Positions 37,105 to 49,809 of a stretch of DNA of 64,000 nucleotides are shown piece by piece; position 1 is the first letter of the stretch; every line of letters starts with the position of its first letter. The notes under the pieces were generated by a model. The model was given only the letters and a program-made list of their open reading frames with translations, was not told the DNA's origin and did not search any database. This stretch comes from Torpedo marmorata (lineage: Eukaryota): positions 78,120,001 through 78,184,000 of the forward strand of contig OZ360229.1 of the NCBI GenBank assembly GCA_977017645.1, given 5' to 3'. A program made the position numbers and the translations under genes.

Positions 37105-38531
37105 CACATTAGCGGACATTTTCAACCTCTCATTGAGGCAGTCAGAGGTTCCTACCTGCTTCAAAAGGGCATCAATCATCCCGGTACCCAAGAAGAGTAG
37201 TGTGAGCTGCCTCAATGACTACTGCCCAGTAGCACTAATTTCTACTGTGATGAAATGCTTTGAGAGGCTGGTCATGGCCAGAATTAACACGTACCTAAGC
37301 AAAGATCTGGACCGACTACAATTTGCCTATCGTCACAATCGCTCCACAGCAGATGCAATATCGCTGGCTCTCCACTCAGCTCTGGATCACCTCGAAAACA
37401 GCAATTCATACATACGGCTGCTCTTCATCGACTACAGCTAGGCCTTCAATACCATTATTCCCTCAGTGCTGGTCAAGAAGCTCCAAACTCTAGGCCTCTG
37501 TACTCCCCTCTGCAACTGGATCCTTGACTTTCTCATCGGAAGACCACAGTCAGTACGAATTGGAAACAACATCTCCTCCTCACTGATTATCAACACAGGC
37601 GCACCCCAAGGATGCGTGCTTAGCCCACTGCTCTACTCGTTATACACCCATGACTGTGTGGCCAGGCACAATTCCAATGCCATCTACAAGTTTGCCGATG
37701 ACACCACAATTGTCGGCAGAATCACAAATGGCAATGAGGAAGCATACAGGAGGGAGATAGATCAGCTCGTTGAATGGTGTAACGACAACAACCTTGCGCT
37801 CAACGTCAGCAAAACCAAGGAAATGATTGTGGACTTCAGGAGGAAGTTAGGGGAACACGACCCAGTCCTCATCGAGGGTTCAGTAGTGGAGAGGGTCAAT
37901 AACTTCAAATTCCTGGGTGTCAACATCTCCGAGGATCTGTCCTGGAGCCTCCATGTTGATGCAATCACAAAGAAGGCTCACCAGCGGCTATACTTTGTGA
38001 GGTGTCTGAGGAGATTCGGTATGTCACCGAAGTCGCTTGTAAACTTCTACAGGTGTACAGTGGGAGAGCATTCTGGCTGGTTGCATCACTGCCTGGTATG
38101 GAGGCGCCAACTCTCAGGACAAGAATAAACTCCAGAGGGTTGTTAACTCAGCCTGTGACATCACAGGCACCAGACTTCACTCTATCAAGGACATCTACAC
38201 GAGACGGTGTCTTAAAAAAGCAGCCTCTGTCCTCAAAGACCCCCACCACCCAGGCCATGCCCTCTTCACTCTGCTACCTTCAGGAAAAAGGTACAGGAGC
38301 CTAAAGACGAGTACTCAACGGCACAAGGACAGCTTCTTCCCCGCTGCCATCAGATTCCTAAATAATCAATGAACCAAAGACACTGCCTTACTTTTCGTGC
38401 ATTATTATCTATATATATTTTTTATAGTAATGTCGTAAAATGGTGAAAATATGAATGTTTGCACTATGATGCTGCCGCAAAACACCGAATTTCATGACTT
38501 GTTCATGACAATAAATTCTGATTCTGATTCT
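37105..38531 (+). mobile_element. Rex1/Babar-like LINE, 5'-truncated RT pseudogene
   Basis: [30 protein letters not shown] (stop at 37439-37441), [11 protein letters not shown] and KFADD; frameshift near 38060; (ATTCTG)n tail. Confidence 0.88.
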
Positions 38532-39184
38532 AATTACAGTGGGTGGCTCTGAACAATGGATAGGTATGTGTTCTTCATTTACCAACCCAGGTTTGAGTGA
38601 AAAGAGAACTGACCACAACAAAACCATTCATGAGTTTGGCTCAGTACCTCTGCCTTCATTATAAGACATCTTGTCACAAAAGTGACCTGCTCACTCCCAA
38701 GGTACTTCTATCTGAACCAAATCTCCAGGTTGCATCACCAGAAGCCTTTAGTGCTCCATTTGATAAGATTTTGGGAAAGTCAAAAACAATTTCACTTCCT
38801 AATGTTATACATATATCCACATTAGATTTAAACAGCATTTCAAAGAATTTTTTGGGTAACTTATCTTGGGTTTTGGGGGAAATGGTTAATGGAAATCTAT
38901 AGTGCAAAAATCATTGCAGAAACAAAGTATACATTTTAAATCATTGCTATCATTGATCTTGGTCTGCTTTAGAAGACTATGGTGAATGATTTACCAAATT
39001 TACATAAAGAAGTACGAGTGCTGGCTTGAAGCAGGATATTAAACAGTCTATCAACGAAATCTTGACAGTCCCAACTGAGTAAATGCGTCATATAAAATTC
39101 TTTTATTAATGTTCTCTAACTCTGAATGGATTTAATTTCAATCAATCCAGAAGTTAATAAATGCCAAAATACATATAGAATCCA

Positions 39185-39720
39185 GTGAAACATGAAAGTC
39201 TGCAGATGCTGTGATTGTTATAAAAACACACAGAAATGCAGGAGGAACTCAGCCGGTCTCACAGCATCCATAGGAGGTAAAGGTATATTACCGACATTTC
39301 GGGCCTGAGCCCTTCCTCAAGGAATAAGCAAAGAACAGGAAGGCAAAAGAATAAAGACTGAAAACTGACTGGGGGAGGAGTCCAGAGCAACAAAAGGTGT
39401 TAATTGGATACGGTAAGAGAAAAGGTGAGAATAGATTTTGGCTCCGTGAAAGGAGACAGAGGGAAGGGGGCGGTGGGGGGGGGGGGGGGAGAGGAGAGAG
39501 AGAGAGCACTAGCTGGAGGAAAGGCTACAGGGGGGGGGGGGTAACAGAAACCGGAGAACACGACATTAATGCCATCCGGTTGGAGGGTGCCCAGACGGAA
39601 GATGCGGGTGGTCTCAGTCTGGCAGTGAATGAGACTATGGACAGATACGTCAGCAAGGGAATGGGACAGGGAATTGAAATGGTTGGCCACTGGGAGATCC
39701 ACGCTATTGCGGCAGACAGA
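39185..39720 (-). mobile_element. Penelope-like fragment with a hammerhead-like motif (39285-39326)
   Basis: DLPVANHFNS...IFRLGTLQPDGINV on the minus strand; tattcc-TTGAGGA-A-GGGC(TCAG)GCCC-GAAA-T-GTC-ggtaata. Confidence 0.8.
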
Positions 39721-40317
39721 GCCATGACATTGATCTGTGGATGTAAGGCAGAGAGAGCTCAGCAAGTTTCTACCATGCATTCTGCAGACCATATACACTG
39801 CTGCCAATATGAATGAGTGCTTCAGGTGGTGACTCTTGGTTCTGTAGGTTCACTCAGCTGGTGCTGTTGCAACTAAACCAAATGACATGAATGGAGAAAA
39901 TTCCATCCTCTAGCTCACTCGCTATTTCATCACTCATTAAGTGGTGGAAGCATTGGGGAGTTAGGCAAGCCATCATCAGAAAATGGACAGACCATGATCC
40001 AGTTTAGCAATCAGTTACATATATTGTCCAGTGGGCTTCTGGTCAATGGTGAGCCCTGCTGTTGACTCAGAGATGGTCATGGTAATGGCACTGATCATTC
40101 AAAGGAGACAGCTGGCCTTTCTCTTCTGAGGTCATTATTGACTGGAATGTGACTGGGGCAACTTTTACTTGCCACCTACCAGCACAAGCCTGGATGTTGT
40201 GCACTTCTCATACATGGCACAGACTCTCACATTCACTGAGTGGAACTGAACACTGCAATCAACAGCAAACCTCTTCTGCTTCTTCCCACGGGCAGTGAGA
40301 ACGATGAACAATCAAAG

Positions 40318-40508
40318 GAACTGCCCACACCTACCATCTGAGACTCTCATATTCATGAAACAATATTTATTTATTTATGTACAAATACTGTCTGTATGTG
40401 TGTTGTGTCTGGTTGTGTGTCTGTGTGTTTTGCACTGAGGACCAGAAAACGCTGTTTTGTCGGGTTGTACTTGTGCAATAAGATGATAATAAACTTGACT
40501 TGACTTGA
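40318..40508 (+). mobile_element. Rex1-like LINE 3' UTR
   Basis: AATAAA plus (CTTGA)n tail; matches the 3' end of the inverted copy at 61170-61400. Confidence 0.6.
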
Positions 40509-42385
40509 AACATCCCCACCATGGAGATCTTGAAACACCTGAAGAAATTTAAGCCCTGAACAGCTTCTGATGTGATGTCCTAAAGTTCGGGTGGCTTACC
40601 TCGAGAAACCACAACTATCTTCCTCAACAGGAGGAACTTCTCCAACTATTGGGAGGCTTTCCTTTTCTTGCTTATTGACTTTGTTTCATCTTGTCAACTC
40701 GTGGCCAAACACTGTCCTGATGCCAAAGATCTTTAATATTTAATATTAAGCTGGATAACCGACAGCAGAACTGGCCAGTTCTGATACAAACAAAGAAAGC
40801 AAGTTATCTGAAATCAAGTCCAGAAGTTAAAACCTGGCTGGATGAAAGATCAGGCGAAGTTCCTCAAGCTAATTCTGCAGCTCTTTGGAACAACGCAGAA
40901 AGCCACAGAGTTAGGATCCAAGAACCTGAGTTATTTTTCATTTTCATGTAATATTCTCAGTTTTTCTCTCTTCATAGACACTCCCTGCATGTCCCATTGT
41001 TTGCATTCTCTCTCTCTCTCTTTAACTGTACTCATTAATATTTCAACCAGGCAGGGTTATTAACCCTGCTTCCAGCCTCTCCAAAATATTTCAGTTGTCT
41101 GATCTATTTTCCCCCACCTCTCTGCAATTAAAATTGTTTTTTTCTCTCTCATTCCCACTTGTGAAGTGTGCAACTTGAAACATTCGCCCTTTCTGGGTCT
41201 ACAGATGCTGCATGACCAGCTGACATCTCTTATTACTAGTCTTTGCTGGGTCTCTGCTAAGCTTTAGAAACATAAGCACTGCAGAAAACACAAGCTTGAG
41301 TGAACAAAGAGAAGCTGCAGGGACTCGGGGGTCGGGCAGCATCCAGTCAGCAGCTCGGGTGGGGCATGAAATGTTTTAAATTTAAATTTTTAATTATATA
41401 AAAAAATTTAGACGTACAGCACGGGAACGGGCCCTTCCGGCCCATGAGCCTGTGCTGTCCAAAATACCTCAATTAAGCGTGTCCTTGAAATCTCCGACTA
41501 CTTTTATGTTCATCTTTTCTGAAATAAAATTTGGTCTCCATTAATATCATTTTATCTTTCTGCATCAATCCAACCACATACACCTATCCTGCATGATGGT
41601 TAGAAAGCCACCGAAATACGGGATTATAAATTACAAACAATAATAAGGAAGAAATAAACATGACCTTTTACTGAAGACCGTAATTCAAAACAAGACTCTG
41701 TCAATATTGAGAAACCACCTGAGCTCCTTGCTTTTGACCATCAGGTCAAACAGCAACCGTGTGATTCACTTTCACACTTTATGTCCCCATGTGTAACATA
41801 GTCAGCGGTAAATTAATGCCATGGTTGTCAATACGCTGCCTCCTGTGCACCATCAACTGATCAGTGAAAGCAAAGGTAGTGTCCCATAACTCAATTCATA
41901 AGTCAATATTTTAGCAGAAAGGACCGTCAGTGCAGACATTTGGATGGATTGACTTATTGACCATTTCCATCTTTGTCTTATGAAAATGCAACAAGGCTGG
42001 CTAAACATAATGCAATGGACAAAAATGCAGTTTGAAATAAATCCAAATTCACCATATAATTCACTGGATAATTAAATGCACAAAAAATCTGATGTACACG
42101 CTTTGTTTTTTTAACAATATTCTCCATAATCCATCCGCAGGAGACATTTCAAACTGTTGACAAATCTCTTCAATAGTTAATGCGACCTTTATTTGATCGT
42201 TGAAAAATTTTAATGAGATTTATGCCTTAGAATTACTTTATTACCTTTGTGCATCTGTATTACATTGAAAATTAAATATGGATTTTATCCTGGTGTGGTA
42301 AATGTTATAAATGTTGAAAATGACGTAACACGAGAACTCAAAACTTCAACAATGAAGTGAAGCTTCCTATAAATTGTATTTAGGA

Positions 42386-42625
42386 GCAGCACGGTTAGTG
42401 TAGTGGCTAGCGCAACACTATTACAGCGCCAGCGACCTGGGTTCGAATCCCCCGCTGTCTGTAAGGGTTTATACGTTCGCCCCATGTCTGCGTGGGTTTC
42501 CTCCAGATGCTCCTGTTTCTTCCCACCCTTCAAAGCGTATGGGGGTTGTAAGTTAATTGGGCAGCATGGGCTTGTGGGCTGGAAGAGCCTGTTACTGTGC
42601 TGCATGTCTAAAAAAAAATTAAAAA
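42386..42625 (+). mobile_element. V-SINE
   Basis: GGGTTCGAATCC B box, V-domain, TGTCTAAA tail. Confidence 0.8.
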
Positions 42626-42659
42626 TTGCCGTCGCCTTGGGGAACTTTAACTTGAACAT

Positions 42660-43960
42660 TGAAAAAATCAGGTCAATGGAGGCAATCTTGTGGAGGAGTT
42701 TGAAGAATGCATTCGCAGTATCTTTCTTGAATAGCATGCTATGAAATGTACAAAGGAACATATTATGTTAGACCTGGTGCTGTGTAATGAGATTGGTAAA
42801 ATTAATGATCTTAAAGTTAAGGAACCTCTCAGAAAGAGTACAGTAATCACAATATAATTGAATTTACAGATGGAAGGTGAACGAGTAAGATCTTATGCCT
42901 AAACAAGGGAGGCTACAACAGGATGATGAGGTGTTGGCTAATATAGACTGGGAACACAGGCTATGTGGTAAAACTGTTGAGGAGCTGGTGCTGTTTTTTT
43001 TACAGTGATTAACAAAAGTATATTCTGGTTAAAATCAAGGACAGTTAGGGTAGGGACAGCCTTCCTTGGATAAGTAAGGAAATAAAGGAAGGCTTCAAGT
43101 TAGAACCTCATACATACAAAGTCACCAAGAGTAGTGGGAAACAGGAAGATGGGAAAACCTTAAAAAGCAATAAAGGACCATTAAATAACAAACAATGAAA
43201 GGAAAGATAAGATTATGAAAGTAAACTAGCACAGGATGTAAAAGCAGATAGTAAAAGTTTTTATAAATAGATAAAGTGGAAGAGGGCAGCTAAAGTGAAC
43301 ATACTATGGATCTCTTAGAAGATAAGAATAAATTTTTTAAATTTTAAAAAATTTAGACATACAGCACTGCAACAGGCCATTTCGGCCCTACAAGTTCGTG
43401 CCGCCCAATTTACACCCCACCCCCGGTACATTTTGAAAGGTGGGAGGAAACCGGAGCCCCCTGATAAAACCCACGCAGACACGGGGAGAACGTACAAACT
43501 CCTTACAGACAGCGCCTTACGAACCAAGGTCTGGTCCCGATCGCTGGCGCTGTAAAGGCGTTACACTAACTGCTACGCCAACCGTGCCGCCCTTGAAGAA
43601 GGGGAATATTTAGCAATGCAGAAATGGCTGAGGCCTTGAACAAGTATTTTGTGTCAGTCTTCATGGTGGAAAGGCAAGGATAACATGCCAAGAATGCGAT
43701 GGGGGGGGGAGGACCTCAATTCTTGCTGGAATTTCAGAAGAATGTGAGGGAATCCTGTAAAAACATCTAAAATTATGAAACAAATAGGTAAGAAAGAAAC
43801 AGGAAAGTTGTTTTCACTGGTAGGCAAGACTAGAATGAGGGGATATAGCCTCAAGATTTGGGGGAGTATGAAGTACTGCTTCTCCCAGAGACTAGTGATT
43901 CTATGGAATTCTCTACCCAAGGAAGCAGCAGAGGCCACCTCATTAAGTATATTTAAGACA
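42660..43960 (+). mobile_element. Decayed CR1 ORF2 fragments with a nested V-SINE (43335-43592, minus)
   Basis: Remnants LDLVLCNE...INDLKVKEPL, EMAEALNKYFVSVF and FSQRLVILWNSLP; the SINE splits the CR1 sequence. Confidence 0.7.
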
Positions 43961-44227
43961 TTTCTCCCTCCTCTGAACTCTTTTAAGAGGGAGAAGTGAT
44001 TGAAATATACGAGATCAGGAGGGGGTCATCAAGAAGATCTTACCACTCATGGTAGAATTTAGAAGGGATGCTTTTTATAAAAAGGAGCTGCTAATTTAAA
44101 ACAGATGGGACATTGTTTCTTTTTCTCCCTGAAAAAAAGAGGGCATTGAACCTTTGAAACTCTCTACCTTAAAAGGTAAAGGAAACAGAGTCCTTAAATA
44201 TTTCTGAGTCAGTCCTAGCTTGTTAGA

Positions 44228-44722
44228 AAGATTGCAGATTTATTGTCAGAGTACATACATGACATCACATACAACCCTGAGATTCCTTTTTCCTGCAGGT
44301 GCGGCAGATTTACCACTAATTGCTTGTGCAAAACATAAACTGTACACAGCGTAAACATGTAAACAAATAAAAGAACTGTAAACAGATAACGAATGTAAAC
44401 AAACTGACTGTGCAATACAGAGAGAGACAAAAGAAAATCAATAAAGTGCACAAGTAAGAGTCTTAAATGAGTCTCTGATTGAGTTTGTCGTTGAGGAGTC
44501 TGATGGTGGAGGGGTAGCAGCTGTTCCTGAACCTGGTGGTGCGAGTCTTGTGGCACCTATACCTCTTTCCTGATGGCAGCAGCGAGAACAGAGCGTGTGC
44601 TGGGTGGTGTGGGTCTTTGATGATTGCTGCTGCTCTCCAACGGCAGCGTTCCCTGTAGATGTACTCAATAGTGGGGAGGGTTTTGCCTGTGATGTCCTGG
44701 GCTGTGTCCACTACCTTTTGCA
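44228..44722 (-). mobile_element. Rex1/Babar-like LINE 3' fragment
   Basis: LQKVVDTAQ...IIKDPHHPAHALFSLLPSGKRYR...FRNSCYPSTIRLLN. Confidence 0.8.
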
Positions 44723-45649
44723 GTGGGATGGGTAGACAGTACCATTGAGTTAAGGTTCCCACCTGATCATCCATGATCTATTGAATTGTGGAGTGGCTTA
44801 ATTGTTGAATGACCGCCTCCTGCTCCTAATTCTTACATCATGAGATAATAATTAGAGCCATATCTAACAAAGCATTCAAGTTCAGAATGGAATACGATTA
44901 TCCCCTAAACCTATGATATGTGCTTTAACAGGAAAACCTATTTTGAGCTGATGAACATATGAATGTAAAACTCATGTTTTACCAAACAAAACTTATTAAG
45001 GTATATGTGAGCACAATTCATTAATTGGACATTTATTGAAGGTGGTTTATGCTGTTCACTTACTAAATCACATTATAGCACTGCTGGCAAAGCAAAAGTC
45101 AGATGGAACAGAGGGGAAAAGAGAATTAATATGACATGCTACAGGAAACTCAGACATGTCTCTTTGAAAATGAACCCAGGCTCACCGCAAAGCAGGCTGT
45201 GATGCCAGCTAACGTTACACTGGGCAAAATGCTGCCCCGTTCTCAGCACAGATGAGTTGGGCTGAAGGGCCTGTGCTGGATGACTACATTCTACCACCAG
45301 TGCACACAACGCCTTGGCTAAAAGACAGAGTGAGAAGGTCTAAAGAAAAATTCTGTGGCATGAGAACATGTAGAAACAACGAGCATCTTCAAACCCAGGC
45401 ACTGATCACACAGCAAAATGGTTTCATTGCCGACACTTTGTTTGTTATTCTGCAGGCTATGGTAGTCCATCTCATACAGAATACAAGTTTATTGTGTAAA
45501 TCAGCACAAGTATTTAACAAGATTTTGCATGCCAAATCTAAATTTATTTTTCATTCAAGCATGGATACTCCCTCACTGAAATGATATTAGTACTGGTGTG
45601 GTCCATCTTATTTAGTAACAATGTTTCTAGCCTGATAATAATCTAAATA

Positions 45650-45887
45650 AAATTTTATTTACAGCACGTTAGAAGCCGATTCCAGCCATTTAAACCCGTG
45701 CCGCCCAATTACACCCAAATTAACCTACAACCCCGTACGTTTTTTGAAGGTGGGAGGAAAACGAAGCACCTGGGAAAACCTACGCAGACACGAGAAGGAC
45801 GTACAAACTCCTTCGAGACAGCGCCGGATTCGAACCCGGGTCGCTGGCACTGCAATAGCATCGTGCTAACCACGACACTAACAGTGT
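45650..45887 (-). mobile_element. V-SINE
   Basis: Reverse complement of the B box and V-domain. Confidence 0.8.
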
Positions 45888-47305
45888 GCTCAAATCAAAC
45901 AGGAAGTGAATGTTGCTCAAAAAAGAAAAAATCAAAGGAGAGTAAACCACCAAGTTACTGACCATTCTGTGGAAAAGGTATTGAATTATTCAGAAATGAT
46001 GCCAGATGAAACATGGACAGTTTTATTGGCAACAATGTACCAAGAGATTTGGTTCAACTGAGCCAACTTGACTTCGGCCAATTCGAACTGCACTCATTTT
46101 GGTTTCCTCAAACAATTAAACCTCAGTCAAAGGAACACGTGCAGTGAGAACAAGCAGAGTTTATAAATATAATTTGATTTATCTGAATTGAAACCTGTAT
46201 TATCATGCCTGGCTATTTCCCTGTTAGGCTTGGATTCGTTTTGGAGACTATCCTCAGCTTTTCTGTGAAAATATGGAAAGGTTCAGCCAATGAACGAACG
46301 AAGTGAGAATATTACCAGCCACATACTCCAAGTAGAAACAATGCAGATTCCATGAGTAGTGATTGTAATGCAGATATGAGTACATTTTTCAATGCATACC
46401 AATTAACATTTTGCTTTGACCACAATCCACATTACCTATAAAAATAAGATTTACCCAGCAGGACTAACTGCAGTAGAAATGTAAAGCCAATATTTTAGGG
46501 AGAACAAAATCAAGTTTTCCTTTGACTTTCACCAAATCTTTCCAGGAACTTTCTGCTCCATTTTTGAGAGGTTTGCATGCACACGTTTACCTTGGACTTT
46601 GCATGCTGATAAAACTGTGCACGATTAAAAGATCTCTGCACAGGATTCATTTTGTCGGCGTTGTTTTAATGAAAAATATGATTCTTAGCCATATAATGTC
46701 AACAGAGACATGAATAATGAAGTAAATAAAAATGCATTTCAAAAGGATTAACTTTCTCTTCATTAAAACTGTTTATTTAGGAAATAGAATTAAGTCAGTT
46801 GTGCATCTTCAGCAAATCTTAACACTGCTTCCGTAAATCTTGGTTATCAGTGGCACTTCTTTAAAAACATCAGTTAAAAACTATGATCAAATTGAAACAT
46901 CCACGTTTAAAGCAAATTCCACCATACTGCAGCCAGACTTAAGAGTTTACATTAACTTGCTTGCAAGTAGCTTAGCTAGAGAAAACAGTGGGAAAATTAT
47001 ACTTAGAGAAATGACCTATATATGACACTTCCAGGAGCCTCTTGTATACATGCTAGCAGGCTGGTATAAAATTAAAACATATTTAACCAAGCTGTGCATT
47101 GAGATAAGCTTTGTTTGCATGTGCTTGCAATAATACTAAAATACTAATTGACAAAATACAGCAGAAATACCTAGATATCATTCCTGGGACAGGATTCTTA
47201 TCAAAAATTACATTTCAATCTTCTTCTTTCAATTAAACTTTAAATTGATAACTTTTGTAAGAAATTGTTTTGTCGCGGTTCCAGATGCAATATTTAAAGC
47301 ACATT

Positions 47306-47311
47306 TTTATT
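47306..47311 (-). terminator. Candidate proximal poly(A) signal for the GPI isoform
   Basis: AATAAA on the minus strand ~400 nt after the exon 15 stop; further candidates at 46772 and 46022. Confidence 0.35.
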
Positions 47312-47705
47312 CAGTTCACACACATACAGTTGCTAATTCCTTCCAGCCTTTGTTCCAGTCATCAGGCTGCCAGGATTGTTGGATAGAGGAGGGAAAAAAA
47401 GGGGAAGGAAATAAACTGTAGAATGAAGTGATAGAGAGTGACAGATCCTTGCAAAAGAAGGCAATCACAGGTCAACAGAAACTGCATTCTACAGAGAAAT
47501 CAGCCAATCATAGCTAACATCAAATGAAACACAAGTGTGCAGGCTGAAAAATCCACAAAACATTTTTGTTTAAACAGCATTTTTTTTTCTGAATAAAAAT
47601 AGTACAATTTTGTTTCTGATTTACACACAAATGCATTTGAAGCAACTGAGAATAGTGAGATGAAGTGTCTGGGGAGAAAACAGCGTGCTTTTTTTAATCA
47701 AGGGT

Positions 47706-47785
47706 CTACGACATCAGAACAACTAGAACAGCAGAGAAAAGTAATGAGAAGAGTGTGTATGATATGGATGAGCCACCCAAACTTG
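47706..47785 (-). CDS. NCAM1: NCAM1 alternative terminal exon 15 (GPI-anchor signal, NCAM-120)
   Basis: Acceptor ttcaacag|CA, phase-compatible with exon 14. Encodes (A)SLGGSSISYTLFSLLFSAVLVVLMS-stop, matching the mammalian NCAM-120 end ATLGG.S.SYTF.SLLFSAV.L.L. Confidence 0.9.
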
Positions 47786-49365
47786 CTGTTGAAGCCACGG
47801 TGTTTCCATCCAAGGACAGCAACAGGTATGGTGAAACAAAGTGACCAGTTGATTCATTCAGGATCAGAGAAAATACAAGGGTGATGAACACACACATATT
47901 GAGACAGACAGGTGGGAGATAGGGAGGGAGGAAAAGGGGATGGGGTAAGAGAAAGGGAGAGAGAGAGAGAGAGAGAGAAGTTGTAAATACAAACACAAAG
48001 TAAATAAAGTACACAAATGTTAAATTGGAAAAAAAGCAAATTAGAGAAATATTTGTGTGACATAAAAAATGAGTATGCTTCATTTTAAGCAGAATATGAA
48101 TAGCACACTACGTCAGATGTCACAAATGAGGGTTATAGGGTTAAAGGGCACCAAACTGTGCTGGAGGGATGGAAATGACCACACTATATACAAGACAGAG
48201 CCAAAAATAAATGACAGACAAATGAAGCAACAAGGCTGGCAAGAAAGGATTAGAAATTAATGCTGTGCTCCACTGCCAGATGTTAGCTGCATTCAGTTAA
48301 ACGATGTGCAATTATTGCATGGAAAAGCGATCTCCACCCATGCTGAAAGCTGCTGGCATCGATTATTGCTTCAATGGTGTAGGAGGCCAGTTAGCACGAG
48401 AGCTCAACATGCAAACTTTAGCACTCTCTGCTGCATCCCCATTCAGACATTAATTCAATTCATCAATGAACCACTAAGCCCAGAATACAGTTAAACAAAT
48501 TATTCACCAGTCCAATTTAATCACTTATGACCCTGATGAAGTAGTGTTTTCATTGAAATAACAAAGGATGCTTAACAATGAAAAATGATGCCATGGGACA
48601 TATTTCAAAGTCAAAATTCCTAATCAGCATAAGTTAACGAGACAATCAACACCAAATTTTCCTCCCATTGCAAAAAGTATCAATTGCTCTTCTTTCATTA
48701 ACTTAAACTAAATTGGAAGAGTTTTCTGCTGCAAACTATCATACAGTTCAGAAGATCTGTCAGTCCTTCTGCGTACCTCTTTGGAAGCACGATCCAATTA
48801 TTCTCACTTCCCTGCTCTTTTCCCACAACCATCAAGAGATTCCTATATTTCCATTAGCTCCTTGAAAGTTCAGGATGAATGCTTTTCTATGAATTATAAA
48901 TAACCAGTCAATCAGAAGGCAACAGATAAAACTTTGAGGTTCTTTGGCTCTTGTTATCATTTAGCAAAGGAAGATGAGCTTGGAGTTCTATGAACCAATT
49001 ACACAGATGGTTCTGGGAAACTTCTGATAATTTATCATGAGATGCTCCATTTAAGTGGCATGCAGTTCAAACATTTCTAATTCAAAACTGCAACATCAAT
49101 GAGCTGTCCTATTGCTACTAAAATCAGCTGCATGCCTAAAGCCAGATGTTGCACGACCATATCTGTGTATGCGGTATTGCTAGTTACATAACGCAGTGAT
49201 GACATTGCATCAAAACTTGCACGAGAATTACAGTTACCAAAATATACCCACTCACTCGAAATGACAGGCACAGGAGGGCAGTAAATGGATTGACATTTTA
49301 AGGAATAAGTGGGATGGGTTGGCAGGATAGACATGAAGTGGCGGATTCCTCAGAGAGGAGGCTCT

Positions 49366-49809
49366 TGTAAAGGTTAAAACCAGTGTTTTGACTCTCAGTT
49401 AATTAAATGCCTGTCTCTTTAAAATAACTATTGTTTGTAGTGTTTCTATAGAGATTATGATGTAATATGTCGTAATATCCGCCCAGACTAGAGCCATTGC
49501 TATTCTTTCTATGAGATGAGAAGGATGTGTAAGCACGAGACATATTTTCTTTGAATTTGTTGCATCTCTTTAAATGTTTTTGTGTCTCTTAAATACCGTA
49601 AATGCTTTATTATTCAACTATATGGAACTTTTATTACGAAGCTATGTAAAATATTTATACGCTTAATCAACGAATTAAAATGAGAAAAGTAACTGCCACA
49701 GAACTTGATTTATTGGATTAAAGGGATGATAATTCGGAATATCGTAGCTCACGCATTGGAAAATTATACTTTGAAATTAGGAGACAAGAAGAGGCAAGTG
49801 TCGTTTATA
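49366..49809 (+). repeat. 5' LTR of the BEL/Pao element
   Basis: 444 bp, TGTAAAGG...GTTTATA; about 20 differences from the 3' LTR by eye. Confidence 0.93.

Noticed and set aside
47786-48083. N-terminal part of the 125-aa minus-strand ORF
   Set aside because: Open because the intron there is pyrimidine-rich and AG-free; only 47706-47785 matches NCAM1.
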